DNA of 64,000 nucleotides from Octopus vulgaris (lineage: Eukaryota). Shown in pieces: positions 25,464 through 38,999 of this stretch. The stretch lies in NCBI GenBank assembly GCA_951406725.2, contig OX597818.1:145142001-145206000 (forward strand). Reading direction: 5' to 3'. The notes below the pieces were generated by a model. The model was not told where the DNA came from and searched no databases. It saw nothing but the letters and a program-made list of their open reading frames with translations. The position numbers and the translations under genes were made by a program. Numbering within the stretch: position 1 is the first letter of the stretch; the number at the start of each line of letters is the position of its first letter.

Positions 25464-25728
25464 TGTGTGTGTGTGTATGCACACACATGTATGTGTATAT
25501 TAGCAAGAACAATTACCACAGGAGGAACAATGATACATTATATAGTAATAACATGGAGACAATATTATGTGTGCGCGAGTGAATGTAGCCTCGGGTTGTA
25601 TTTTGTTGCCCTTGAGGCAAGAACAGAGATTGAGAGAGAGAAAGAGAGAAAGAAAGAGGAGGAGAAGGAAAGGGCAGGGGCAAAGGAGAGTGAGAGTGGG
25701 TAGAGAGGGGTCGCAACTGCTGTGTTCT

Positions 25729-25774
<46 letters not shown>

Positions 25775-28700
25775 TGTTTGTTTTCCACCTGCCTTCGTCT
25801 TTTGTCTATTTTCATAAAGCTTCCCGTTATATATATATATACATACATATAAAAATTAGGCACACACACACATTCCGCTAAGATCGACTTTGCTTTTCAT
25901 TCTTTCGCAGTCGATAAAGTAAGTACCAGTTGAGTACTGGGGTCGGCGTAATGGACTTAGTTCCGCCCTCCCCCGAAACTGCTGGCCTTGTGCCAAAATT
26001 TGAAATGCATGTATGTATGTATTTATGTAAGTATTAGAGCGGGCAGTATTGATGTGAGGAGCAAGCGCCTGGGTGACTTTATTTTCTGGAGTGAGAAGTG
26101 AGAAGAATCGTAATTTTTCTGGGGATTTTCAGCGTTAGTTTTGGCAATGGTGTGTCTTGAAAAAATATACTCGTCTCAGAAAGAGCTGAATCGATTTCTG
26201 GTTCCATTTTCAGTTTTACTGAAATATGGTTTGGTCTTAACTTCTTTCTTGAATGACTGCCCGAATCCATCGTCCATTCTAAGACCACTACACAATTGCT
26301 AGCAGCACCACCACCATCTGGAATGATTCCTAGCTTTGGGTCATGTCTCCTGTCTTGGGACAATTTTCTTCCTTTCTCCTATCAATCATGGATGTCTAAA
26401 AAAAAAATAGAAGGTTGTTTGTGCAAGACTTTACCTCGTTAAAAGATTATATGTATGTATGCTTATATATATATGTAATGTGTGTGCGCGCGTGTGTATA
26501 CAATAGACAAATATATGTATGTATGCGTATATATATATAAATTAACACACACGCATATATGAATGAGTGTGTGTGTGTGCGCGCGCGCGTGGATGGTGCT
26601 AATGTGAGGGTTAATAAATTATTAATTCTTAAGACAGAGAACAACAAAATTGTTGAATGGAGGCCATACATTTAACAGACTTCTATGCGAAACTTGAAGT
26701 CGCAGTCAACACAATTTGTATAATGTAATTTCTTTTTTTATATGTAAAAACCTGAGCGCTGTACAGTCGTTTTGAGAAAATGCTTTAAGGTCGAAACAAT
26801 TCAATTGTTCTTCTTCTGTAAGTTATTTATATAAAACGTGTGTATGAGCTTGTGTTCGAGTGTCTGTATGTGTGTGCATATGACAGAGCTACACACAACG
26901 CACAAAAGACATTAGTACCTGGCATAGCGCAAATATTACGTAGAAATCAAAACAAAACACGTTCACAAAACACAGAGCTGTGCTCAATTGTACTTCAAAA
27001 GCACGCAATAGAAATAGAGACTGCTAAAAGAAGGATACTACGAGCAATTTTTGCATTTCAACTATGACATATATATTAGGGGATACAATATTTAATCGAT
27101 CCGAGAACATATTTTAAATTCATTAATATCTTTTTCATATGTCTTAAAGTAAGACAGCCAGTGTCCATGACCTTTTCCCAAGGAATCTGATTCTTGTTGT
27201 ATGAAGGTATGATATTATCACCAGTCCAGAAATCTGACCCAGCTTTCAACAACGGCTAAAGTTTGCCTCGGTCTTACGGACTTATGAGACCGAAGCTTAT
27301 GCAAATTTTCGAGACGATTAGGTGACTTCCGAACTGGAGTAATCTCGAACTAGTCCGAACTGGAGTAATCTCCAGTTGTCGCTAAGTGGAGCTCATTTTC
27401 AGTTGGAGAAATGTGAAATGAAGTGCATTGCTCAAGGATAATACCCACTGCCCTATTCGACGATCGCGAGCCAAGGATAATACCCACCGCCTGAGGATCG
27501 TGAGCCAAACAAACACTAGGCCACACATCTTCACTTTCATGAATGTGAAATCCACCAAATGCAAGACCAGGGTTAGATAGTGGGGATAGAAGACAGCGAA
27601 GTAAAATAATAATTAATAGAGCAGACATTGGCGGGATTTGAACGGAGCAGTTTAGAATGTAACAGAGACGAAGCAAAACAATCTGGCAAGGAGTTCAGCG
27701 TCGTTTGTTGTTGCTAGTGGTGTTATTGTCATCGTCGTCGTCGGCATTGTTGATCTTTTTCTTCTTTTTCACTGTTATTCGGATAATACTGTTTACTTCC
27801 ATCCATGTATGGCCCGAGTTCCAGTCTTACTTATATCAACTTTACCTGTCAACCCTCCAGGGTCGGTAGCATTAGAACAAGTTGAGTACTGGGGTCAAAC
27901 GATTCGATCCAATATGTGGTTGTCCCCTTTATATTATGCCCCTGCGGCATAAGATAAAGGAATCATCATCATCATCATCATCGTCGGTGTCGTCATCATC
28001 ATTGAGTTAACTTCTACGGAACGTGAGGGACAATGGTGAGAATGGCTACGTTAAAAGAACCTATTCTAACAGTGCAGCAATAGGTTGGTGGCAAAGATCT
28101 AGGAGTAGAAAGCATTTGTTTTTAATATGTCAGAGTAATCGGGTTTTTATATGCTGTGTCCCAAATTTATCTAAACAATTCCCTCCATTTTGGAGATCGT
28201 TTCTGGTTAGTTTTCGTTTTTTTTTATTTCGTTGTAATTCATTGTTATTGCTCCGTGTTGTTATAACTGATTCCCCCATTTTTTTACTCGTTTTAAATCC
28301 GCCCCCCCACCACGGGTTGTTTGTTTATTTTTGTATGTGTGTTTCATTCTTGTACTATATTCAGCGTTTTCGGCCATTGTGGTAAATAAAAAAAAAAACT
28401 TCCTCGGTTTTTAGTTACAGCATTTTAAGTTTTGAGTACTAATCCAGCTGAGGTTAACTTTGTCGTTCATCTATTTTAGGGTCGGAAATTTAAAATACCA
28501 GTCAAGTACGAGGGTAGATGTCATCAACTAATTTTATACCCCAAATTTCAGGCCCAGCGATTATATTAAAAACAAATGGCAGGGACTGTTAGAGTGCTGG
28601 AAAAAAAAACAACTTTCTGCTGGTATTTGTTCCGGCTCTATACTTTCTGAGTTCAAATACCACCTAGGCCGGCTTTATTTTCTATCTCTCCGGAATTGAT

Positions 28701-28914
28701 AAAATATTATGACAATGGGGTAAAGTAAGTTGGAAAGCTATATTTGACGAAACTCTTCTGGTGTGTGTCTCCAGTTCCTTAAGTTCATATGCCACCGTCG
28801 TCCATATTCACTTTATAGGTCTGTGGACGACACGACAGAGAGGCACCAGTAAATAACATCGTAGTTGTGGCGGCCTCGTAGTTTTCAATTAACAATAAAG
28901 TACTACTGTACGCA

Positions 28915-30277
28915 TTGTGCTGATGATGACTATGATGATGATGATGATGGTGATGATAAGGAAAAGGCTAGAGAGCTGTGAAGAAGACAGGGCGAAGAAA
29001 AAATATAATCATCATCGTCATCATCTTTATCACCATCCTCACCATCGTCATTGCTCTCGTCCCCATCATCATTTCCTTCTCCTCCTCATCTTCACAATCA
29101 TCATCATCATCATCACCAACACTCTATCACCACCACAACCACCACCGTCACTATCATCATCGTCACCATCATCCTCATTATTGCTATCGCTACCATCATG
29201 ACCATGACCATGATGATGATGATCATCATCATCATCAACAACATCATCATCATCGTCATCGTCATCATTATCATCGGCATCCTCCTCATCGTCAGCAGTG
29301 TTACTATAGTGCCATATCTTTTTTAATAAGCAAAACGGTATCACTTTGGTCATGGGCCGGCCGAGAAAAACACACAAAAAGAAAACATCACAATCATTAC
29401 TATCACCATGATGATTATGTCATCAACATGGACATAATCATCATTAATATCATCATTAATATCATCTTCGTTGTCATCTTCGTTGTCATTATCATCTATA
29501 ATGACAACGTGGTGGCATCGATTACGACGACAATAATGACTAGATGATGATTTGGGCAACGATAATAATGACGATGATGACGACGACGACAACGATGATA
29601 ATGATGATGATGAGGAGGTGGAGAAGGAGATGCATTGATGAGGATAAAAATGGTATTGATGAAGATGACAATGGCGATGGCGATGAGGCGGATGACAATG
29701 GTGAGATGAATGGAGATGAGTGATGATAAAGATGATAATAGCGACAACGAGGATGACGATGGCGACGACGACAATGATGACGATGACGACGACGATGATG
29801 ATGATGGTGGTGGTGTAGTGGTAACGATTATGATGATGATGATGATGGTGGTGATGACGCTGATGATGATGATGATGGTGGTGGTGATGATGTTGATAGT
29901 GGTGATTATGATGATGACGATGGTTGTGGTAGCAGCTGCTGCTATTGCTGGTAGTATTGATAATGATGATGATGCTGATGATGATGATGATGATAACGAT
30001 GACAACAACGACGACGATGATGATGATGAAAATTATGGGATGGTACAGGTGATGATGGTGATATGATAATGACGGTTGCGATATGACGACGACGATGATG
30101 ATGATGATGATTATGATGAGAAGGAGACATAATCTAAAAGATATTATATTTGTAGTAGTAGTGAGAAGATGATGGTGATGTTTGTGATGATGATGATGAT
30201 GATGATGTTTAGTAGGCTGTCGATAGTGGTACATCTAGTGTTGATGATGACGATTACGAACGAGGATGATAAGGATT

Positions 30278-30339
<62 letters not shown>

Positions 30340-30680
30340 AACGACGATGCCATTAGCTGGACGGGATTAGATGAGGACGGTAATAAAAATGAGTTTTGTT
30401 TAATAATGACAACTGTTACGTTTTGAACTCCCCCACCACGACCATCACGACGACGACGACGATCATCACCACCACCACCACCACCACCACCACCACCACC
30501 ACAAACAGCACTATTATTACTGCTGCTACAGATGTTGCTGCTACTGCTGCCATTGAAGCCATACAATATCTGTAAAACCAGCAATATGGTTAGTTTTGGC
30601 ATTGAATGCATTATTTAGAGACGTGGCTAGTAAATAACTCTACCACCACCACCACCACCACCACCACCACCACCACCAGT
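28915..30680. repeat. Degenerate trinucleotide region, (CAT)n / (GAT)n / (CAC)n
   Basis: CAT-rich at ~29005-29500, GAT-rich at ~29520-30350, CAC runs afterwards. Confidence 0.92.
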
Positions 30681-31439
30681 GGTGATGGTACTGGTGTACA
30701 TTCATTTAGCCCCAGGTCAATCCTGTTCGAGCTAACTTATGGTCAAAGACATCCCACCTTGGCCATCCCGCCTGATGTAATCTTTTTTAATTTTGCTTTT
30801 TGCTTTTATTTTTCGAAACGGTAGGGTACGATCTGTGTGTATTGTGCAGGGTACGATCTGTGTGTAATGCGCAGGGTAGGATTTCTGTGTGATGTGATAT
30901 CTATTCCTAACAGATCTAGTGATTTAAATAGTGGTTCCGGAGTTCGGATTAGTAATGGTGATAGACGGTACTATAGGCGAATATGGTGACGGTGGCGAGA
31001 GAGGCTACTATTGTAACGACATCAATAGTAATGTAGCTGCAGCAAAAATAAAAAAACCCCAAAAAAACAAAGCAAAAAGGTGTAATGAGAGTAATAGAAT
31101 GGCAGCAGAAGTATAATAGGAGCAATAGTATGGCAGCGACTGCAATAGCATGGTAGCCCCAGCCATAGTATTGTATCAGCAGCAAATAGAATGGTAGCGA
31201 CAGCCACAATAGCTATAAATAACAACAGTCAGTGTTTTTGTTATTTAACTCCAGTCTTTGATCAAAGACGCTCCTGCCGTGACCCATCCTGCTTTTCCTA
31301 TGTGCAGGAAACTCAGAATCACATTATTCAATGTATCATTTCCTAAAGCAGTACAGTGTGGTTAAAGGAAGATTTAGCTACTATTTCTAACCGATCGAGT
31401 GATCAGATAGGAATTAGTTCGTATGCTAATTCTTACTTG

Positions 31440-31790
31440 TTTTAGCACAGGGCCAGCAATTACGGGTGAAGAGAAAAATCAATTACATTGATCCTTGCAC
31501 ATGGGTGCTAATTATTTTATCGACCCCCACCCACCCCGCCACAACCACCGTAAAAGGATGAAAGGCAAAGTCAACTCCGGCAGAATTTGAACTCAAAATG
31601 TGAAGACGGACGAAATTGCCGCTAAACATTTTGTCCAGCGTGCTAACGATTCTGCCAGTTCTTTACAAAATATTTAGTGACATTTCTCTCGGTGTACGTT
31701 TCGAGTTCAAATTCTGCCGAGGTCGAATTTGCCATTCATCAATTTCAGGATCGATAAAATAAGTACCAGTTGAGTACTGGGGTCGATGTA
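31440..31790. mobile_element. Head-to-head pair of Nin-domain-like SINEs
   Basis: Minus copy ~31440-31661 (GGATGAAAGGCAAAGTCAAC on +); plus copy ~31675-31790 (GAGTTCAAATTCTGCCGAGGTCG). Confidence 0.75.
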
Positions 31791-31842
31791 AATAGAAAAA
31801 AGAATATAAAAAATGGTACTACAGGTAGCAACAGCAACAGCA

Positions 31843-32400
31843 GTGGAGGCGCAATGGCCCAGTGGTTAGGGCAACGGACCTGCGGTCGTAAAAACGCAGT
31901 TTCGATTCTCAGACCGGGCATTGTGAGTGTTTATTGAGCAAAAACACCTAAGCTCCACGAGGCTCCGGCGGGGGTTGGGTGAACCCTGCTGTACTCTTTC
32001 ACCACAACTTTCTCTCACTCTTTCTTCCTACTTTTGCTACAAAGCAGAGGAACCATGGTGTAACCCACTATGGTGTGGTAAACTTTCAGACCCTAGTCTA
32101 GCTTGCGAATCCTCTGTACCCCGAGGATGGTTCAGCTCTCCACCCGTTAAAAGCCACCGCTTACGGAATGAGGATAACAACGTAGCTTTCGCGCCCGTGC
32201 AACCGCCAGTCTATCGCGTGTGGTGGGTGGATCTTCAAGTTGCCACACTAGGCTCGAATTAGAGATTATCCTTTGTGTCTAATGGCGTGAGTCCTGATTG
32301 GAAGAAGAAGAAGAAGAAGAAGAAGAAGAAGAAGAAGAAGAAGAAGACGAAGAAGAAGACGAAGAAGAAGAAGAAGAAGAAGAAGACGAAGAAGAAGAAG
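31843..32400 (+). mobile_element. SINE 5' half joined to an unrelated 3' segment with an (AAG)n tail
   Basis: 31843-32029 matches the SINE at 18643-19052. 32030-32300 is GC-rich unique sequence, followed by (AAG)n at 32301-32400. Confidence 0.7.
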
Positions 32401-32689
32401 ACAGCAACAGCAACGGCGGCGAGCAACAACGACCACGGTATTAAGCCTATGCAGAGCTTGAAATAAACTTAGCCTGCTGTGAAATATAGACACGGACCAA
32501 TTGTGAAAGAAAGGTTCTATTTCAAAAGGTAATAGGCTCGGGCAAGGTGTGAACTCTAGGCTGCATTGCAAATGGCAAAAGTTCCAGCCTGATGTAATAT
32601 ATAGGTACTGACAGTTTCAGCAGGTAATAGATGCCGTTCAGGTATGAAATATAGGCCATTTTTCCAAGTGCTCAATAAGTATTTTAGTA

Positions 32690-33013
32690 AAGGGTAACGA
32701 ACCCTTTCGGTCATGATTGAAAGTTCCTCTCCGAGGCACAAGTCCTGGCAAGATTGCTTATAGACGACCAGCGGTCGTCCATGCATACCAGCATCCTCTC
32801 TCCACGCCACCGATGTTATCCAAGGGAAAGGCAAAGGCTGATACAGCTTGGCATCAGTGAGGTCGCAACTTATATCTATAGCTGAGTTAACTGTAGCAAC
32901 GTAAAATATAGTGTCTCGCTCAAGAACACAACACATAGCACGGTCTGAGAATCGAACTCACTACCTCATGATTGTGAGCCCAACACTCTAACCACTGAGC
33001 CATGCGCCTTCAC
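32690..33013 (-). mobile_element. CORE-like SINE
   Basis: Head GTGAAGGCGCATGGCTCAGTGGTTAGAGTG on the minus strand; same subfamily as the copies at 39445 and 53670. Confidence 0.82.
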
Positions 33014-33627
33014 TAAGTATTTTAGTAATCAGTGCTAAATACGTTCATGTAAGGTTTACAGATTTATACAGATACACAGTGTAGAAGGTGTGTGACTGGG
33101 TGTATACACGAAAATATTTACATTAGTATTCTCAAGATACATGCAATTATATATACATACATGTATAAGTAGTATACACGTAGAATGCTTATAGAGCAGT
33201 GTTAAGATTCTGTAGGTTCTAGTATACATGTAGTATATATGTAGTATTCTGTAGACTCCTAGTTGCAAGTCCTGGAAGGTTTCAAGTAAAATATATTACA
33301 CTTTTCATTTGATCTCTGGCGGCCCCCTAACTGACAGGTCTTTGGGTTGCAGCCTCTAATTCCCATATTTTATTCAAGCGCTATGCACATGTAGGATATA
33401 CGCGGAAATACACTTATAAAAGTGCTCGACGTACTTACAAATGGGTATATACACATGTATACACATGTATACACATGTATACACATGTATACACAATTTA
33501 CCGAAAGGAATAAAAGAACCGATGCAATCTATGAATGGAAAAAATAATAAAGGGACCCACGCCACCCTCGCCACCCTCGCTTAACGCGCCAACTGACCCA
33601 CCTGCACTCCTCTCCCTAGGTCGGTGG

Positions 33628-33867
33628 ATTATTATTATTATTATTATAAATTAGTAGTAGTAGTAGTAGTAGTAATAGTAGTTGTAGTAGTAGTTGTCTT
33701 AGTAGTCGTAGCAGTAACAGCATGCTGCTGCTTCTACTACTGTAGTAGTGTTAATGTTGTCAGTTCTTCTTCTTCTTCTTCTTCTTCTTCTTCTTCTTCT
33801 TCTTCTTCTTCTTCTTCTTCTTCTTCTTCTTCTTCTTCTTCTTCTTCTTCTTCTTCTTCTTCTTCTT

Positions 33868-33918
<51 letters not shown>

Positions 33919-33932
33919 AAGTAGTAGTAGGT
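33628..33932. repeat. Compound microsatellite (TTA)/(GTA)/(TTC)/(TAC)
   Basis: Direct inspection. Confidence 0.95.
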
Positions 33933-34297
33933 ACTGTCGTGGTTTACTCCCAGGGATGTCTTGAGCAAGCGGACAAATAAACAGATCTTCAACAAACGAC
34001 CACCCCATATGACCACCCTGTCATTTTATTTCTAGCTATGGCCTACCTCGACTACATTATTCAGTGTGTCTTTCTTTTATTTAACAGTTGTCGTAGTGAA
34101 TTGAGGAAGATTTGGCTGCTCTTTCAAACTAGTCGTGTTGATTGGTTCGGGGGGTGTTGATGGCTGTTGTAACAACGGCGGTTGCAAGCACTGTTTGACG
34201 GAGGACAGGCTATGTGAAAAGAGGGAGGGAAGGGGAGGGCAAGATGGCGAACAGAGCGGTCCATTTGTCGCAGAGTAAAGTTCTCGGTAAATCTGTA

Positions 34298-34490
34298 TGT
34301 GGTCTCTTGACATGCTAGAAACAGCAGCCAAATTTGGGAAAAGGAAAACGAAAAGAAACGATATATTGAATGGTGTCGGCGATCTTGGATACACTATCAT
34401 TGAAAAGCAAGGCTTTGTAGCCATGGGTGGAATGTCTTTTATTGTAGAGAGATACTCATTCAGATGCGACCCTGGGCTTAACAACAACAG
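34298..34490 (+). mobile_element. Copy of an uncharacterised ~200-bp dispersed repeat
   Basis: GCTAGAAACAGCAGCCAAAT...GACCCTGGGCTTAACAACAAC; homologues occur at many other positions in the window. Confidence 0.65.
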
Positions 34491-34838
34491 GTTGGCAGCG
34501 CGCCAGGTGGCCAACCCGCCAGCTTGCCAACCTGTCAGCCGATCAACTTGTCTGACTGCCGTCCATTTACTATTAGCTGATGTTTCTACCCTAACGCCAG
34601 TTGGCTTTTTGATGTTCCTTAAATTAAATATGTTAACACCAACTGAAATAGCCAATAGTTGCAGCTGATACCGTAGCGGTAGTAGTAGTAGTAGTAGTAG
34701 TAGTTGCTGTTGTTGTTGTTGTTGTTTAGCCTAGGTCAACTCTGATCGAGCAGAGCTAACTTATGATCAAAGAAATTCCAGCCGTGACCACCGCCTCTGA
34801 ACAGCCGAGTCGGAATCTCCTGGCAATACACACACACA

Positions 34839-34901
<63 letters not shown>

Positions 34902-35015
34902 TCACTCAATTACTCACTCACACTCATGAACACACACATACACATATGTAAAAAGATGTTACAGTATCACTGACAATCTGAAGTAAATACAAGTACATAC
35001 ACACACACACACACA

Positions 35016-35103
<88 letters not shown>

Positions 35104-35509
35104 TGTATGTATGTATATACTGTGCGTGTGCGTGTGTGGCCTAATACTGTTGCATACACACCTTCACAACTCTGGACTACTATTTATATAATACAAAATT
35201 GTTGCTTGACCTGTTAGAAATGGCAGTCAAAATCTCCCTCAAATCACAACAACCGCCACCGTCTCAGAAAAGATCATTGAAAAGTGGTCCTAGGCTTTTG
35301 TTCTGCAAATAAGAACAGAAGGGATGGTCACAACTAGATTTCTTTAAAATTATGGGGCTCCTCATTCAAAGCTACTCCACCACCACAACCACCACCACTA
35401 CTCTTCCCCAGCACCATCACCATCGCCATCACCATCGCCATCACCATAATATCACCGCTACATCACCCCGCCATCATTATTTCTTCTTCTTCTTCATCAT
35501 CATCATCTG

Positions 35510-35560
<51 letters not shown>

Positions 35561-37164
35561 GCAGCAACCCATTGCACTGTGGTTTGACTTGCTGGAAACA
35601 GTAGCCAAATTCCGATCTCGGTTAATGTAGTCCTAGATACACACAAAGGGACGGTATGATCACGACTGGAATGCATTCGATCAAAGGGCTTGCTTATTCG
35701 ATCAGAGCTGACCCGGTGTTAAACATCAACATTAATAACAACAATATAGAACTATGTTTTCCTGTAATTCGCGACATCTTTTAATGGTGATATCGACAGA
35801 GAATCCCTTGGTAAACGCTATGGCTGACATAGACTCCTCTCTAATTAATCGCTGCCAGCCGTCACCCTGCCGCCTTTTTAAGCAAAAGTCTACTTTCGAT
35901 TACACTGGTCAATGTTTAGTTTTTCCACTTGTTATAGTTTAACTACTGTTCAACTTTGACTGAATAAGCGTATGATGAAAAGTATTCCAGCCGTGACCAT
36001 CCCATGTGTAGACTGTCAAAGTCTATATTGCTCAATGTATTTCTTTTCCATTATTTTTTTTTTTAGTTTTAAAGAGCCTTGATCATACCCAACTTGAGGA
36101 AATTTGGCTGCTATTTTTATTAGCTCGAGGGTCGACATAGAGACCCTCACCTCTCTCCTTCGTTATTTGGTACTGAATTATAGTGATGATGGACAATGTT
36201 GACATAGGTGTATTGGCGCTGGTATTAGTGGTGAACAAACACTAGTTGCATTGTTGTTGTTGGTGATGGCGGTTGTGGCAGTAGAGGTGGTTGTGACAAT
36301 AATGTTGGTTATGATAGTGGTGGTGGTTGTGGTAGTGGTGGTGGTTGTGGTAGTGGTGGTGGTTGTGGGAGTGGTGCAGGTGGTGGTTTTGGTCATGATC
36401 GTAGTGTTTGGTAGTAGTGGCTTTGTTGGTGTTGATGTTGATTTTGCTGTCGATTTGATCTTGCCACAATAATAGTCGCCAGTGTTGAATGGTTTGTAGT
36501 GAGGGTCTGTATCAAGATGATTAGATTGGAAATAACACTGAAGGAAGACAGATATTATGTTGGTTTGTTGTGAGGATGAACGGTTATGTTGGTAGTGTTG
36601 TGAGGATAAAGTCTAGTGTTGTTTGGGGTTGCTGGTTTGATACAGGTGGTGTTGTGAGTTGTGGCGATAAAGGCGTCGGTGTGTAGTCATGATGGTAATA
36701 GAACTGTGTTATGGGATAGAGACAGTGTGTTGGCGTGTGGTAGTGATGGGGGTGGTGTGTCGTGATGCTGTTGTGATGGTGTTGTGTTGTGATGATAGAG
36801 CTGTTGTGATGTGTTGTTATTATGATAGAACTGTTGTGGTGCGTTGTTGTGATGATAGAGGTGGTGTGTTAGTGTGTCATGATGAATGCAGGTGATGTGT
36901 CGGTGTGTCGGTGTGTTGTGAAGGTGCTGACACATATCACAAATAATAGTAATTATTTTATAGTACCATAATTGTGGACATATTAGTAGTACTACAAGTA
37001 GAAGCAACAGTAGTATCCGTTATGATAGTAGTGGGTGTTGATGGTGGTGGTGGTGGTGGTTAATTTTGGGATTTAGAAATAGTTGTAGCAGTAAGAAAAA
37101 GAATAGAAAGAGAAGTAGTAGCATCAGTAGCAGTATTAGTAGTAGTAGTAGTAGTAGCAGCAGC

Positions 37165-37210
<46 letters not shown>

Positions 37211-37409
37211 CTAGTTATTGTTTTTGTAGTAATGGTGGTTGTGGTAGCTGTTTTGCTGGGGTACTAGAAGTTGTAGCAACAGAAGCAGTAGTGGCAGGGT
37301 AGTAGTTTTAGCGCCAACAGAGACAGCAGCAGTAGCGGTAACAGTAGCAGTAGCGGTAATAGTTGCAAAAATGAAGAGCCCTGCACACAGCGGCACGTAT
37401 ACAGCATCT

Positions 37410-37780
37410 CGTATACACAAACACAAACACACATACGCGCACACACACACATACGCAGACACACACACACAGACACACACACACACACATACGCACACAC
37501 ACACACACACACGCACACACATACAAACACAAACACACATACACGTACACACACACACACACACGCACACACATACAAACACAAACACACATACACGTAC
37601 ACATACACACACACACATGCACACACATACAAACACAAACACACATACACGTACACACACACACACGCACACACATACAAACACAAACACACATACACGC
37701 ACACACACACACACACACAGACACAGACACACAGACACACGCGCACACAGGCACACTCAAACAAACATACGAACACATAT
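37410..37780 (+). repeat. CA-rich minisatellite (~44-48-bp unit)
   Basis: GCACACACATACAAACACAAACACACATACACG recurs about four times. Confidence 0.85.
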
Positions 37781-38329
37781 TTGAATACTATTCCCCATCA
37801 AACCATAGTTGCACTACAGGTAGTTCTAAATTCTATAGAGCTACCATTATACTCGAATGAATCGAACGTATGTGCGGATCGATAGATGCATATATGGATA
37901 CAGCTGTGTGTATGTATATAGTATTATGTGTAATGAGTGTATCAGTGAATGAATGCATGCATGCATGTTTGAGTATGTGTGTGTGTGTGTGTTTGTCTTC
38001 ACGTGCGTATGTGTGCATACGTGTGTGTATGTATGTGTGTATGTGCATTTGTATATGGTCACTGTTTTTTATTTATTTATTTTGAATTCTTCCAATACGG
38101 AAGGAAGTGGTTTCTAACAAATGTACACATTCTTGCTTGTATGTATGTCTACGTATATATGCATGTGTGAATATATATGTATATGTGTATAGTCATACAT
38201 ATAAACACACATATATTCCTAACAACCACATTGTACACAAGCTTCACGTGGACTTTTTCGCTTCGATTATTCCTTTTGTTTACTTCAGTTTTTTCTTGTC
38301 TTTCCTTCTCTCTTTCTACTCTATTCACA

Positions 38330-38367
38330 TATTCCGAAGAATGACAATGTCCGAAACGTTGTCAGTA
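38330..38367 (+). ncRNA. Degenerate minimal hammerhead motif (Penelope-like LTR remnant)
   Basis: TATT-CCGAAGA-ATGACAATGTCC-GAAAC-GTT-GTC-AGTA; U4 is changed to C and helix II is damaged. Confidence 0.4.
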
Positions 38368-38999
38368 ACTCTTTCGATTTCTCAAAAAACCTTAAACTAA
38401 TAACTTTGATCGCGAACATATCCTGTCTTGTTGCTTTATTTTTTGTACTCTCTCTCTCTCTCCCTCTCTCTCTCTCTTTCACACTCTCCCTCTCTCTTTC
38501 TCTTCACGCAAACACGCACATAAGCAATTTCTCTTCTTCTTGATTGGAGTCTTACTGTTTATTTTGACCGATCATTAAAAAGATTGCAAAGAAAAGAGTC
38601 TTGTTTCTTTCATTGTCCATTTCGTAACCATTCATCCTTTAAATTTTAATAAGTTATAACAGATATTCTAATAATCTGAAGCGTCTATATCATGGTGTAG
38701 TGTTCTTTCTCAAACAATCCAAGTTCAGCGATTGTTTGATCTTGGCAGACTGGTTAAATATGCTGTCGTTCCAATAACAAACCGTGAAAAGTTAAATGTT
38801 TATTTTGGATTCTAGATTTACAATCTCGTCATTAATAGTCTATAGGTATTTCCTTTTTCCAGTATTTTTCTCACTAAATCAATGTCAAGTGACTAAGGGA
38901 CTTCTATTATATGATTTTATGTTTCTTTGTATGTACGTGTCCATCCATCCAGCTAACCACCCAGCCAGCCATTTTAGCTATTCAGTATTCCTGAGAGGT

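Noticed and set aside
26079-26363. 94-aa minus-strand ORF as a gene
   Set aside because: Non-ATG start, no recognisable domain, and not in frame with the nearby acceptor.
34077-34668. Overlapping 192-aa and 123-aa ORFs
   Set aside because: They largely span copies of the dispersed ~200-bp repeat and show no protein signature.
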